Below the pieces are notes generated by a model that saw nothing but the letters and a program-made list of their open reading frames with translations, was not told where the DNA came from and ran no database searches. DNA of 62,922 nt, filler included, from Basidiobolus meristosporus CBS 931.73 (lineage: Eukaryota > Fungi > Basidiobolomycota): assembly GCA_002104905.1 (NCBI GenBank). It is 5 parts of 5 records of this genome, joined end to end, with 100 filler letters (N's around TTAATTAATTAA, not from the genome) between each part and the next. Parts side by side here need not be neighbours in the genome. Positions count along the whole stretch, not along the records: positions 25,458 to 40,735 come from MCFE01001154.1; positions 40,836 to 53,789 come from MCFE01001218.1; 3 more parts are not named here. The stretch is one strand, 5' to 3'. The translations under genes and the position numbers were made by a program. Positions 37,960 through 51,529 of this stretch are shown piece by piece; the first letter of the stretch is position 1; each line of letters begins with the position of its first letter.

Positions 37960-40735
37960 CTCTCCTGGGATCGCCTTAGCGTCGTATATTTCCGAATTAA
38001 TCGAGCTTCCTATGGACATACCTGATCATCTTAACTTTTCATGGCTCATACCACCGCATCAATGCCTACGATCTATTACATGTTTCACGCATTTGTCTAA
38101 CAATCCACCGCCAGATATTATCAACCATTCATACGATGCCCACTCTACACTATACACACGGACTATTGAGTCCATCGGTGTTCAGGGTCTTCAGGAGGTT
38201 GTGGTATACACCATGAGAGTATCCGCACTTAATAATACCATCTATACCACCACTCATAAGCTGCAGCAAATCAGTTGGGGTGAGTATGCCCAATAGCCAT
38301 TTGGCGACAGAATCGTTGAGCTGATATCCCTGTGATCTATCACAAACTTGTAATAGTCACCTCGGTATCGTCCAGCATACTGTGATCGAGCCAACCTTAC
38401 GTTACCTGAGTTTTCGGCTCAGGCCTGGGCTGCATCAATCATTGCTGACCTAAGCACCCCACTGCTTATCAGAAACAGATTAATATGCTGAGCTTCTTGA
38501 TTACTTGCCGGTTGCTTCTCCCGATGAGACATGGCAAAGTCTCATTCTCCGCACTCCAGCCTCACCAACTCAGCCCATGATCACAGGCATGGAAATACGA
38601 GATGGACTGGTGTTTGTGCCCTTCCTGGAGGTTTGCTGGATGATTGCTCCCGATGGTCCAACAGTGGTGCTGCCACAAGCCGCCCGAACCTCCAGCAGTA
38701 GGATGGTGAATGATCCAACTTGCACGGGGTAGGGTTTGTCCAGGATCACACATTGTGGGAACGCGGGCGCGAGAGCGAGAGCCATTTGTGTGTGCATATG
38801 CATACATGTGGAGGACGTCAATCATGAATAAGAAATCCGGGATATCAGTGATCGTTGGCAGATGGATCTTACCAGCCCGTATTGAGTCTCGATTCAGGTA
38901 ATGATGGATGCATACCAGAACATCAGCAACCTGTTGGAACCTGTTCCAATCTTCACCCCTTACTCAGTAATAACAGCGACGATGACAGTAGCTCCATACA
39001 ACCATAGTATCCAGGCCAAGTAATGTGCCACCCATATGTGTTGATGGGTGTCGGAGCCAACAATCTTAGTAACGCTACCCTGGATGCACCGCAGCGCTGA
39101 ACCATTCTCGTTGCCCTGTGCGGCCTCAGCACAGCAAACCCAATATGTTTATTTCTGCGAACAGGATAGCTTCGTCTCCTCCTAGCTTGGCAATCCGAAA
39201 AGCAGGCTTCCACTATCTCGAAAATGTACATAGGTACTCAGGAGAAAGGGAGACACAATGAACAGCTGGAGGCCCACCAACGAGTGTGAAAGTTGGATAA
39301 GGAAATTGAGATGAATCAATTCTACAGTTGCATTAATTGAAATGAATAATCGGTTGCATACTCTCATCTGCCTCACAGACGTGAATGGCACTGGTAACAA
39401 CGGGCAATGTACCATTTACGCTATTGCATTCGGCACCACCAGTTCTACACACTCATCACAGGTCTTTTAGATCTCCTGAAGTGCCGGAATCGATCACCAG
39501 CTACACTCCATCGAACGATAGTTTTGTATACCAAATGTTGCTGAGAATCCTTGCAAGGGAGCATTTGGTTTCGTAATTGTTGCCAGTCTGATAATCAGTG
39601 TAAATACAATGAATAGCTCAATCGTGGCCCTTAACCATATCAGTCTCGTCTAATTTCTAGCGATCTCCTATTTTCTGATGAAATCAAGCGTAATCTTGTG
39701 CATGGTAGTGTCAGGGGATTCATCCTGGGCATTGCATGCCTCGTTTTCTTGCCTGTAGTCGGGTTTCTTGAGACATGAGATCTAAGCCAGAGCTGGCGGT
39801 AATTTCACTACATTAGGAAACGTCACTGAGAACATCCTGATTCCTTATTCGGTGCGGTAATTGCATCTCCGTGTGTGAGGTCCAGCACCCATTGGCAAGG
39901 AATCGACAACCTACCAACATATTGTGGGATCTACAGTCAATTGCGGATTACGCCTGGTTGGTGACCAAGAATCCGACATCACCCACCCATGATTTCGTGC
40001 ATCCCGAGATGCGCGATGAAATGATTACGACCACTCACTTGCCGTCTCCATTGGCGGCTGGCATGATTTCCCCTACGAAATCTCCGAAACCGTGATTGAC
40101 ATACGCAACTATAACTAGCTTCAAATTGCATTCTCTAATTCGGGAATCGAGCAATTTGATGGTTTTGGAAGCAGGATATTAGTTCATGCCTAGAAACCAA
40201 TTTCCCAGTAACCATTACCTGGAATCGTTATTTATAATCACCATGTCATTTACGGCCGTTATATCAGACTAAACCCTGCCAATTGTTGATATTGAGGAGT
40301 TAATTGGCTTCATATTTGCGACATGAATTATGATGTATCGGAATCCACTAAAGTACCAATTGACTGTATTTGCTCTGCGTTTTCCGGATGGCCATGTGTG
40401 AGAACTATTAATACAATTAGGGCAGCTACTACTTGTGTGCGAATTGTCAATTCATATTGACATATATCATATATTGAGACTGTGATTAACAACTTAAAAT
40501 TCAGTGATTTTCAAAGGTGGAATATCTAACTAAACACGTCAACAAAGCAAACTCTCTTTTATGAGCTTTCATCTTAACATGTGACCTTCTTTGGAGTACA
40601 CTGTGAGTAAACAGCATATACATATTGCACCAAGCAAAGCACGTTCAAGGCACTTAGTCAGCTAAATACCATCTTCAAAGTTACCATTAAGTTCAATTTC
40701 CATTGCTCTCAACACGCACCATTGTCAGATACGAT

Positions 40736-40835
40736 NNNNNNNNNNNNNNNNNNNNNNNNNNNNNNNNNNNNNNNNNNNNTTAATTAATTAANNNNNNNNN
40801 NNNNNNNNNNNNNNNNNNNNNNNNNNNNNNNNNNN
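40736..40835. other. Assembly gap spacer
   Basis: 100 bp of N with a central TTAATTAATTAA. Confidence 0.98.
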
Positions 40836-41749
40836 TCCTCTGGATAGGTCTCAGCCTGCTTTTTAATGCTTGTCAATGCTTGATTTTATGACTGCAAATG
40901 CCATTGTCATTGATGACAACCATGTGGAATTACTCCTGGGCTTTAGCTTTGCCCTCCCACTAGTTGCCAATGAGGTGGCCAGTAAAATTTTCCCATTTGG
41001 GCATCAACTCTTACAATGAATATAATTACCAAATAAATGTTCTAAAATCAATCTGTTCTTCAGCAGCCAAACCAGTCCAAAAGCTAATTGCATAATAGCT
41101 ACAGATGCATCAAATTCATACAGGGGATCCATTTCCAAAGGAATATTCCCACAATGCTAATGCACAGCACCTATTGCTTCCAATGTATCCTGTGTAGGAT
41201 TTTCTTTGGAGTCCCACTTTAATATATACATTTGCAGTACATTCAGCACATATGCTTGCACTTTGAAATAAGTATAAAGGTACTGATTCAAATTTGCTGG
41301 AAATATTTTGGGCCATATAAGCTCTGAAATATATTGCTAGTTCTTCACATTTATCTGGTCACTCATAGAGCTCATAAGCATAAGATGCCACCTGTGCACT
41401 CTGTCTTTAGTATTGGCATATTGTTGGAAGGTAAATGGGTTGCTTACAATGAAAAGTACCTGCTACTACATATTCCCACCATCTTCAATAACTCTAGTTT
41501 ACATTTAGATCCCTATTCTGCTGCAATGCAAAGCACCCTATTCCTATGGAGTGGGAGAAAGTAGTATACAAATTTAGCAAAATCAACTCAAGGAAATACT
41601 ACTGCCAGCCAAAAGGAATGAAGCAACTGATTGCAAGCCTGATTGGAGTATACAACCAAGCATCAGTTGGCCAGTATACAGCTAAGAGCCACTCAGATGA
41701 TCACATAATATCTTATACTAGTAGTATATATATCACTTATTGCAGTGAG

Positions 41750-43000
41750 AGAAACACTTGGTGACATTTGATTATCAGGATCAGATCAGAAGTATTGTGA
41801 TTGATGAAATTGCTGCCATGCTCTAAAGCTCAAAAAGCTGATATATGGAAGTCCTACAACAAAGTACTGATGAAACTAGCTTTTGAATGCAGTTTATTTG
41901 ATTGAATTTGGTCAACTCTATCACAAGGTATGATTCATCTAAGTGGATGCTGATTTTGATTATATCACTCTCAAATAGTCAATTGTTATGGACCAATGAT
42001 GTCATGAGGCCTTCTATTCTCAAATACACTGTGGTTCTAGCTGTAAGGAAGTCCAGAGCCATCCCACAAAAGGAATATTCTTGGGGTCATCAGCAGCAAA
42101 TGAAACAGAAGAAAAATGGGAAAATATAACTACCACACTTTGGGGTACTTCCCAAATGGAGCCAAAACCTATGTAGGCTATATTTGGACTATCTGGCAAT
42201 GCAGATAGGCTCCATGGAGCCTCTTATACAAAGCTTTCAAGCCAGCAATCTAGAAGTGCCTTGAAACTTCAACAAGATCTGTTAGATATTGTAGTATATA
42301 TTGGAGCAGATTATGTAAGGCAGAAGTCTTGATGTCTACTGTCTATGGAGCTGGAAGAAAAAGGTAAAAGGATCAACCATATGATTTTTACACACCCTGA
42401 AGACACTGAGAAGATCTGTTAGCCTAGCAAATCAAGCTCAAGGTTGAAAATAACTATCAGGAGAATAAGGATAATCACACCTCTTGTTAAGGAGAATCTC
42501 ACTTCTGGAAAAGTGCCAATCTCTACTCTAAAGGTATATTTGGATAAGACAAAAGCGGCTGCATCAATACCATTCAGCTGAAGCACTCAAAAAATAGCTA
42601 CCAAACAACCTATGGTACTTTCTGATATCAAATTAGGTAAATCAAGAAGCAAATGGACTTTAAATCTATGCAAGCAAGTAATCAATCCCAATAAAGTTAT
42701 TGCTATAGAAGGATGACAAATATGACCATTCTAGATCATTTTTGTGGAACTAAATCATTAAAAAGACTTAGTGAAGTGGGAGCAGGCCATTCCAGCTGAG
42801 TGTTGAGCAAAAACCTTTTTTTTTGGCCATGTTAAATGTGCCACAGTGCCAGGAAAAAAGGATAATCCACATCAATGTAAACAACAAGACCTTAACTTGG
42901 CCCAGTATAGGTCAACTTTTCTACCTAATAGAGAGTTAATATGATGGAGGTTACTGGCCCAGAGCCTAATATGGTCATACAGTGAAGTTGTTTGAATCTA
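41750..43000 (+). mobile_element. Possible highly degenerate LTR-retrotransposon gag-protease remnant
   Basis: CpG-depleted; broken frames IDEIAAML..EVLQQSTDETSF and KTFFLAMLNV..RIIHINV weakly resemble gag and the protease GRPFL region. Confidence 0.3.
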
Positions 43001-43414
43001 TTAGACTGTTGCCTGGAAATAAGGAAACTCTAGATATGTTGCAAATGACAAACCCTTACCTTGACCAAAAGTGAGTTAATTTTGCCCAAATAGGAGCCAT
43101 GGGATAGCCCAGAGACTATATAGCACTATTACCATCTGATATAAGGACTCTGCATATAATTTCAGCCTGTGCAAGGGATTAAAGATGATGATTAGTATGT
43201 TGATCAGATTCTTCTGATGTTTAGGCATATAATTAAGTAGATAAGCACATTGTATTACAAATAACTTCTTCAGTTATGTTAAACACCAATGCATATACTG
43301 TTGAATAGTATATTAGTTCAGTATGCAACACATTTAAATCTTTTTATACACTTATTACAGATTGCACACTCTCAGTATGTATCTATTACATATGAGTATT
43401 TTGTTAAGTGGGAG

Positions 43415-43763
43415 TGTGGTAATTATAAAGTTGTCATGTAAATGTTCATGCTAACTTAGTGACATAGATCATACTCTTTGATTAGCATTCTGTCCTGACC
43501 AAATGTCTTGTCAGGATTTACTTGGAATACTTTCACCATATTATCAGGTACCCAGATTATGGTCTTGCTCAGAGTTGTCCAAAAGCCCCCAATCTTTGCA
43601 CACATATTCTTAGGACCTTCCTGAGCATATTTTACACATTTGTTTACTCTACTTTATCAAAAGTATAAATCCCATACTTTTGATCAGTAAATCAACAAGT
43701 GGATAACATTTAAGTCCTCTAGTTCTCCATATCTCTTCCAATACTCCTCCAAAAGTTGCAACA
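43415..43763 (+). repeat. Degenerate LTR family B
   Basis: Shares caggtacccag, gttgtcc, tttgcacaca with 35051-35395; ends ttgcaaca. Confidence 0.6.
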
Positions 43764-43809
43764 GATATATACCATATCCCTAGCCACAACATTACATTGT
43801 TAACCAGTA

Positions 43810-45300
43810 GATGGATCACTAGGCAGTCCTGGGTCCATGGAGTATCCTGGCATTCTTTTCTATGGGTGTAGTCTCATTGCATATTGGGATCTTGCCAGGC
43901 TCATGCAGGTTCCTGTTGTAAGGGGAGATAGTCTCAAAAGCAATCAGCAAGCCTTCTGCTTCAGTGCAATCACCAAGTGGGCCATATTCAGAAGGCTGAG
44001 GTGAGCTAACAGGCATCACAAGCTCATATCAGTCAGTTTGTGATAGATGACAAGTATGGTTAGGTGCTGTTATAGAAGTACCAGGTGGCCAGCAAGATAT
44101 TACTGATACAGTAGTGTCTGATGGATGCTTAAATTTGACTGGTGTGGCAAGTCAGTGGCAGTGATCCTTGTAACACTTCCAATACTGATGTGTGCTTCAC
44201 AGCTGAAAGGCTGATTAGAGCAGCAACATGGTTGTTTGCCACTTCTCTTGAGGTGTTGAATCAAAGTAGTCCTTTCTGTAGGGCAAACAGCTTGACACTC
44301 ATTAGTATAATGCTATTATATCCCTACTTTTCAAACTAAAATGATTATAAGACAATCTTTTATTTAAGACATTGCACCTATGTCAATATAAGATTCAATG
44401 ATGACCCACCATTGCAAGCACTATGAACAAAGTTGTGGCATCACATACATCAAGATAAGTGGCACTACTTCCCCTTTGTCTTAAAATACATCCATATACA
44501 TATATGCTGCCAAAAAACAAAGCCAAGTTGTCTGGTTCCCAACCAAACACCACTGCTGATGGCAGCAGAATAATGGATGGACAACATCTTACTTTGACAT
44601 TCAATGAAACAAGCAGGGCTACATCCAAAAAAAGCCGCGTTGACTGTGAGACCACTGAAGGTAATAATGTAGACTCCTCAGGCTCCCAGTCAGGTAGGCA
44701 ATTGAGAATATATGCAGATCTGCAAGCTGAACATGATGCTTGGGCAGGTGAGAATGCAGCAAACACAGAACCTCCAAGGGAAGAATACCAAATGGCTGTT
44801 GTAACAATAACACAACCAGTGTTGGCAAGTATTTTGTCAGCTCATACTAAAGTATTAATGAGGCAATTAGGTGTAGTGGCTGCTAGGGTAAATGTATGAC
44901 CCAGCAAGATTGGGAGGTTGTACAGAGTCAGGTTGAGCCAATAATATATGTAGAGCAATCAACATCCCAGGTAGAGAGTGCAGTATCTTTGCTGCAATAA
45001 AGGAACTAAAGTAGCTCAAGGTCAGAGTCAAGAATTGAGCCATTTACTGATGTAGCAGCAGAGCAATACCAGAAATTTTTTGAGACACAACACCAGTGCC
45101 CAACAGTGAAGCCAACAGTACTAATCACAGCATGTGAGGGAGAGACTGTAGCAATTAAATCAAAGCCTAAAAGTCTAAAAACATTGGGGATCAGTGAAGC
45201 CATTGAGTTCAATGATGAAGGGTGAGCTAAAAATCAAGAGGTCATGCAAGTCCAATGGGGCCCCAACAGCTTTGTTGGGGACCTCTGCTGGCATTATAAC
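43810..45300. mobile_element. CACTA copy 3: transposase 5' region (minus), intergenic region, accessory ORF start (plus)
   Basis: 43810-44560 aligns with 3940-4860 minus the MITE; 44700-45300 aligns with 32020-32540. Confidence 0.7.
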
Positions 45301-45599
45301 AGCAATATGGTGGCTTAGAGATAGTTCTGTATAGTGATACCATACAAATTTACTAAATGGTATTTCTTCTTCAACCTCCCCTAGGGTCATTCACATATTC
45401 CACTGTAGCATCACCCCTCCTTATTTCCTTACCCACTACTACATTGGGTATTTCATGTATAGTTTGAATCAATAAAACTATGGCCTCCTGCTTACTAACC
45501 TCTACCTATGTGCACACCCACTGCAATTGGCATACTTCTTCCTATGAGTAATAATAGTGATGATCCCATCAAGAGGCCTTCACAAAATTAAAGTTGTGT

Positions 45600-48230
45600 G
45601 ACTAAGAGGTATTCATCCCATAGGACACCTTGCAATGCCCATTGAAAAACTATTGCACCCCAGATTTCACAAAAATTTGGCCAACATTTTTTATCACAAC
45701 AATGCATGAGTGACAAATTGCTCTATTTCAGTTGAAACTTCAGTTATAAATCAATTGCCAATTGTATTAGACTATACAAGTCCCTACAACCAACACCCAT
45801 ATTAAGCCCAGCCTCACACCTCACAAGTAGCTCAATTCAGTCCCCATTCAAGAAGTAATTCTGCTGTAACTCTCTTTTTCCATGACTTTGTTAAGAATCC
45901 TGCAGCTTTATACCACTGTTCATTCACTGGTTTTCATACAGTCTGATCTTCAGCTGGCACTGCAAGGTCTAATAACTCATCTGCTAGTCTTTGCAGCTCA
46001 TCCTTGCAAGATTCAAGTGTGTTTTCTTGAGCACTGCTCTTGAAGAAGTGCTGCATCCTCCTGGAGTGCCTATCAAAGCTTCAAGATTTTGCTGCAGGCA
46101 TTGTGATGGTCTTCTCAGTTCTTACAATTTTGCTTTGTCTCTCAGTGGGATCTCCACTCTGTCTACAATAAAGGACATGAAGGCAGTGGTAGACAAGTTG
46201 CTTTTCTCTATTAACTCATATACCTCGCTAGAGTGTAGATCAGCTGTTGCACTTCCAACTCTTAAGAATACAGCTATTGTCTTGTTGGTTATTCTTCTTG
46301 GCTATGATAGAATTCTGCCTGTTGTAGGCTGATGATACTAACTGGTGAGAACTGCAGGTTCTTTCTCACACTTCCCTGTCTCTGGCTTTGGTATACATTT
46401 TTCTCTTTACCTTTACCTTTATCACTGCCAAGTCTCTCACTGCTACTTGAGCTGAGTGCTTCTGGTATTGTACTCTGACTTCTCCCTGATGAATGAAGCA
46501 CTAGTGCATTCATTTTTGCCTGCTTGTGCCTTGTGGCACTCTACTAGCAACTTGACATTTCTATGCTGCTTGCTTGGAACTATGAGCTCTGTTTGTAACA
46601 AGCACCTGCAAAAGCCATGGGTTTTTATCACTGTTAAGTCCCTCACAGCTACTGTGACTGAGTGCCTCTTGCATTGTACTTTGCTTTCTCATTGACAGAT
46701 GCTGCACTGATGCATCCATTTCTGCCTGCTTATCCCTTGCCAGCACTCTCCCTGCAACTAAATGTTTCTTTGCCACTGGCTTGGAACTTTCAGCTCTTCC
46801 TGTGATTGTCATGATCACACGACATCCCTGGTCTCTGATGTTCAAGCTAAATTAAGTTGCTGAAGAAATCACAGTTCCTTCTAGAAAGTTCTACTGCATT
46901 CTAGCAACTTCTGCAAAGCTCCAAGTCAACATTACACAATGAAACATTCTATGGAAGCTCCCCTTTGGAATTTATGTATCCAAGGACCATATATGGTAAT
47001 TTCATATCACATTACGTAGTCACATGTTCAGCTTACCCCTGACATATCTCCATGTGATGTTCTAGTGTGTTCTTTTGCATATTTCTGTCTTGGCACACTT
47101 ACTGTGCCTTACCCCAGAACCCCATCAGTATTAGCCAATATCTCTTGGCATCCATATTGCCAAAAAGTATACATAGTCCTATCCCCCCTTGTACTATTAC
47201 TAAATTAGAGATGGCAAAATTATCTAATCAAGCTGAATTACTCAAAATTGAATCTAATGAAAGGATAAAACTTCAAGAGTTAATCATCAAACATAAGAAT
47301 TAGACTTAGTTAAAAGATCTAGATTTCAAGTATCCTAACTTTAATACAATGGCTAAATCTGATCTTGAAGCCCCCCAATATTGGAAGGATCAAATTCTGC
47401 TCTTAGCCTTCCCATAAATTCAGGTAACTTAGCAAGTGATTCAAATGTTAGGGAACTTGTCACAAATGGACAAGTACCAACAACAGAAAAAATGATAATA
47501 AGCCCTTTTGAAAATTGGGCATTATTACTTTCTCCAATTGAGGAAGCTGCTGGTTTTTTTCTGTGGCACCCCTGTTTTTCTGCCTTGAGTAGTTTGTGCT
47601 ATCTTTCAGATACTTTCTCAGCATCTCAATGCTGGCCAAAAATATGTTTGCTCACTTGAATCCAGGATAATGCTCATGGTGCAGGTCACTCACATTCAGC
47701 TTGGCCTTAATTTCTTGATGGTCCCATGGTATGCTGGCCTTAAGATGATGCCATCGTAGACTTATGGTGGCCTCTTGAATATCAGCCCACTCCTTGTTAG
47801 TGCACTCAATAGCTTCATGAGTTTTCAGTGTCTTTTACTTTTTAGATGTGAGTATTGACACCATAGTCTCCCCCTCCCATGCTGCAATAGGTTTTTCTGT
47901 GAGCATTATCTTTAAGCACTGTTGTTGTGCTTCAAAGACTGCATGGTGTTCCTCTGCTGATACATTGGGAAATGCCTCAATTTTTGGCTGTGACATTGAG
48001 CTACTTCAGTTCCTTGTATGGAGCAAAGATATTGTGTTCTTTACCTGGGACACTGATTGCTTTACACCATTTCTCTACTGATCCTGTTTCTGGACTATTT
48101 CCTGATTTCTCAGGGCCATTGCATCTATGCTATCTGCCACTGCACCTAATTGCCTCATTAATGCTTTGCTATGAGCTGACAAAATACTTGCTAATACTTG
48201 TAATGGTGATGTTATGAAAGCCACTTGCTG
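45600..48230 (-). mobile_element. CACTA accessory gene plus R1, inverted, with an unassigned ~700-bp insert (46870-47560)
   Basis: Reverse complement of 32080-34150. Confidence 0.7.
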
Positions 48231-48254
48231 GTCTTTGATCAAAGAAACTGCATT

Positions 48255-48575
48255 AGAACCTCAGAGTACCAACTTAGTTTTGTGACCAGCTACATAATTC
48301 TGCAGCTAGATTCAGAGTGCCACAAGTATTGAGTACCAAATATACATCTACAGTCCTTCTACTCTCTGACCTGTCACAAATAAGGTAGATCCCAAAAAAC
48401 AGATCAAATATTGGTGTTTCTCCATAGTTGTTAGTAAAGCACTGGAGCAGCTTTACATGAAAAAGAAGAGCTATGCTTCACATTCCGTGGCCAAGTACAG
48501 GTCTACTTGGCTCATATGGCACTCTGTAGCACTATTTGGTATGCATAGCTCAATGAGGCACTATTGAACACAGCA
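48255..48575. mobile_element. Single diverged arm of the foldback MITE
   Basis: Aligns with 17845-18150 (gctagattcagagtgcca..., gtggccaagta..., gctcaatg.ggcacta). Confidence 0.7.
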
Positions 48576-49832
48576 AATGTAATGTCTCAAATTCAAGACT
48601 GACCTATATTCACATGAATATTGACAAGAAAGTGATATAAAAGCATCATGTTGAAGGGTGATAAGCTGTCTGCCCCATGGACAGGACTACTTTGATTCAA
48701 TGCCACTGGAGAAGAGAAAAAAGACCATGTGGCTATTGCACCAAGCCTCTCAGCACTGAAGCATGCTGACAGCATAGGAAGTATTACAAAGATCACAAAA
48801 CGTATTTTGCCATATAAGTCATATTTAACTATCCATCAGCAACTACTGTGCAATCAATATCTTGCTAGCCACTTGATACTTCTATAACAGCACCTAGCCA
48901 TAATTGCACCTTGCACAAACTGATTCAGAAGAGTTTGTAACACCTTTAGGCTCACCTCAGCCTTCTGTGTATAGTATGCTGAGTGATATCTCTGAAAAAG
49001 AAGGTTCACTAATGGATTGTGAGCCTATCTCTGCTCACAACAGTACTCTCAATTAGCCTGGCAAAATCCCAAAATGCAATGAGACTATGCCCATTGAAAA
49101 GAATGCCAAGGACACTTCATTGAGCCAGGTAAGCCCAGTAATCCATCAACCAGTGAATAATGTGATGTTGTGGCAAGAGAGGTGGTAGGTTTCCACAAAT
49201 ATTAGTATTGGTGGCTTTGAGGACTTACCGCTACTTCTTGCTAGAATCATTCTAGGATGCAACTTACCATGTATATGGTACAAATAGTCAACCATCATGC
49301 AGCTGGCAACATATGAACCAGTGACTGTCCTGATAGCAGCATGCTCCAACAGTTGCATGGCATTCACATCAGAAAATTCCACCATTGTAAGGTGTTCACC
49401 ATGTAGGAATCCACCACCATAGAAGGAAAGCATTGTACACACTTTGGATATATTCCATTAATACCCTGTCTAAAGAAGCTCATAAAGTTTAACAAATATT
49501 GTGAAGCTATAAAGTACTGCACTCAGTAACAATCAAGCACAAACATATCTAATAAATATTATGGCAGACATTGCAAATAACTAAAGAGCAAGGGCTAGTT
49601 TTAAGATATGCATGACAGTGCCTTTGCCTTGGCACTTGACAGATTCTCATTAAACAAGTACTCTACCAGCAAATTCTGCTTGCACCAGATTCTCTGCAAC
49701 CTAAGTCTACCACTTATCTTACAGTATCAGAGCAGAAATCTGATGGTAGTCTCACTGGTATCTGGTTCTAAATTACTGTTCAACCTGGTCAGCTACCTGT
49801 ATCCACTGTTGGGTATATATTGTATGCTTTCT
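48576..49832 (+). pseudogene. CACTA transposase copy 4, 5' half
   Basis: LIAACSNSCMAFTSENSTIVRCSPCRNP; FALALDRFSL; NLMVVSLVSG..NLVSYLYPLL. Confidence 0.82.
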
Positions 49833-49834
49833 GG

Positions 49835-50136
49835 TGTGGTGGTGTATAGGTCCAAGGGAGAGATACATTCAACACTTCTCCAGTGTTTTGTGTGTGGGGT
49901 GCTCACTAGGTGCAATAACCTCTGGCAAAAGCTTGCTAGGAATACTTGGGCTCTGTCACTAATCTAACGGGATGGGGAATAAAGCCACAAGTTTGTCAAG
50001 GGAAAACTATTGAGCAACAATCCCCAACTTGGTTAGTATCTTAATAAAAGTGTGTGCTGGGTTCAGTGTCCTTTGAGATGAGAATGTACTAAAGCTTCCA
50101 AAGTCACAACAACTGTAAACTCCACCAGCAGGGACT
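49835..50136. repeat. Unclassified repeat X (copy 2)
   Basis: Aligns with 4865-5163. Confidence 0.7.
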
Positions 50137-50905
50137 TGATCAGAATGCAGCTGTGGTCAATAGTTACAAAGACAGAAAAGTATCTTTGCATGTACAAGAA
50201 CAAACTTGGGAAAGAATCAAATATAGTAAAAGATACCTACTCTGAGTGTTCCTTGCAAGTAGTGCCTCCAAGGTCAGTTGGCTGTCAGTGTGGTTTACTG
50301 GGGGTGTCCTGTGGTCTGGGGTTGGAAGTTCAGGTAGCAGCAGGTAGTAGTGATCACACTAATCAACAGGTTAGTATATTAATAAAAGGGATGTTGATTT
50401 ATTGTTGAGGGATAGCCTCCCTTATATACTTTTCTTACTGACTAAGTGATCACAAATCATGGTGTTCCAGAAAGTTCTGGATATCAATAGAAATCTTAAT
50501 GACATCACAATGACCTAAGAATATTCTAAGTATGTGCCAGAAGGTTCCAAGAGGCACAGCACATCCAACCAATTGGGAATCAGTATTATGAAACCTGTGT
50601 AACATAGGGAAACCATATATGGTTTGGAAATGGTAGGGATGGTGACATGGGTTGATCATATGCCATGGGTACTGGTGTGGGTACTTGCCTAATATAAAAG
50701 CACTTGCATCATGTAAACACAAATGAGGTGAGGAATAACTTATGCAATAAGGTAAGAAGCTGTGATAGTCAACTGGCTTATGGGATAGCACTGATCAGGT
50801 AAGACCAATGGGATAAAACTAAAATAAGTGTAGTAGTGAAATAGGGAAGTAGAAACTATGGGAAGGAGCACATCTGTCAGTGGGTGTCACTGTGACCCCA
50901 CTACA
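50137..50905 (-). repeat. LTR family C (left boundary uncertain)
   Basis: 50670-50905 aligns with 5164-5379; ends cccactaca. Confidence 0.6.
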
Positions 50906-50919
50906 CAATTGTATTCCCA

Positions 50920-51360
50920 CCAAAGTCATGGAAACAGAGTGTTACAGCAGAAGTACTTATTGAATGATGGATTTTAATGGAGTTACTAGCTGTGTGTGAG
51001 GCTGGGCTCAATGTTAGTGTAGGGTACAGGGACTAGGGTAGGTCAATACAATTGGCAATGGAGGTACAACCCAAATTTCAATGGTAATAACTCAACTTGT
51101 ACGCAGAAAAAGTAAGAGAGATGGTTGTGTCCAGTATTAAGGAGTGTGAAAAAAAGGGAATAGCCAATCACTGCATACATAGGTAGGAAGTAATCAAGTG
51201 TTTGGGATCAGAAAGTGAGTAAATTGGCAAAGAACCAATTAAAAGCCGCTTATGCATTGCTGTTAAGGAAAATATTGATCATTTTTTCTCCTCACAGTGT
51301 TTTTTGGCAATGATACCATTTAGTCATAGGACTTGCTTTTTATAGTGGCTATCTGATGGG
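50920..51360 (+). repeat. Repeat R1
   Basis: Aligns with 8545-9030. Confidence 0.7.
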
Positions 51361-51529
51361 ATCATTATGTTTACTCTTCATGGGGCAGACTGGCAACTTA
51401 TTTGCTGCCTGCATAAAAGTAAATGCAAAACAACAACACTTCACAGTTTTGTACCCAATCAAGCATATATAGGTAAAAAACACAACCTCCAACAACTATA
51501 GGAGTATAGCAGTAATCTTTTCATCAGCA

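Noticed and set aside
38012-40095. Several 60-95 aa ORFs upstream of the zinc-finger gene
   Set aside because: No recognisable motifs or convincing splice model; several rely on non-ATG starts.
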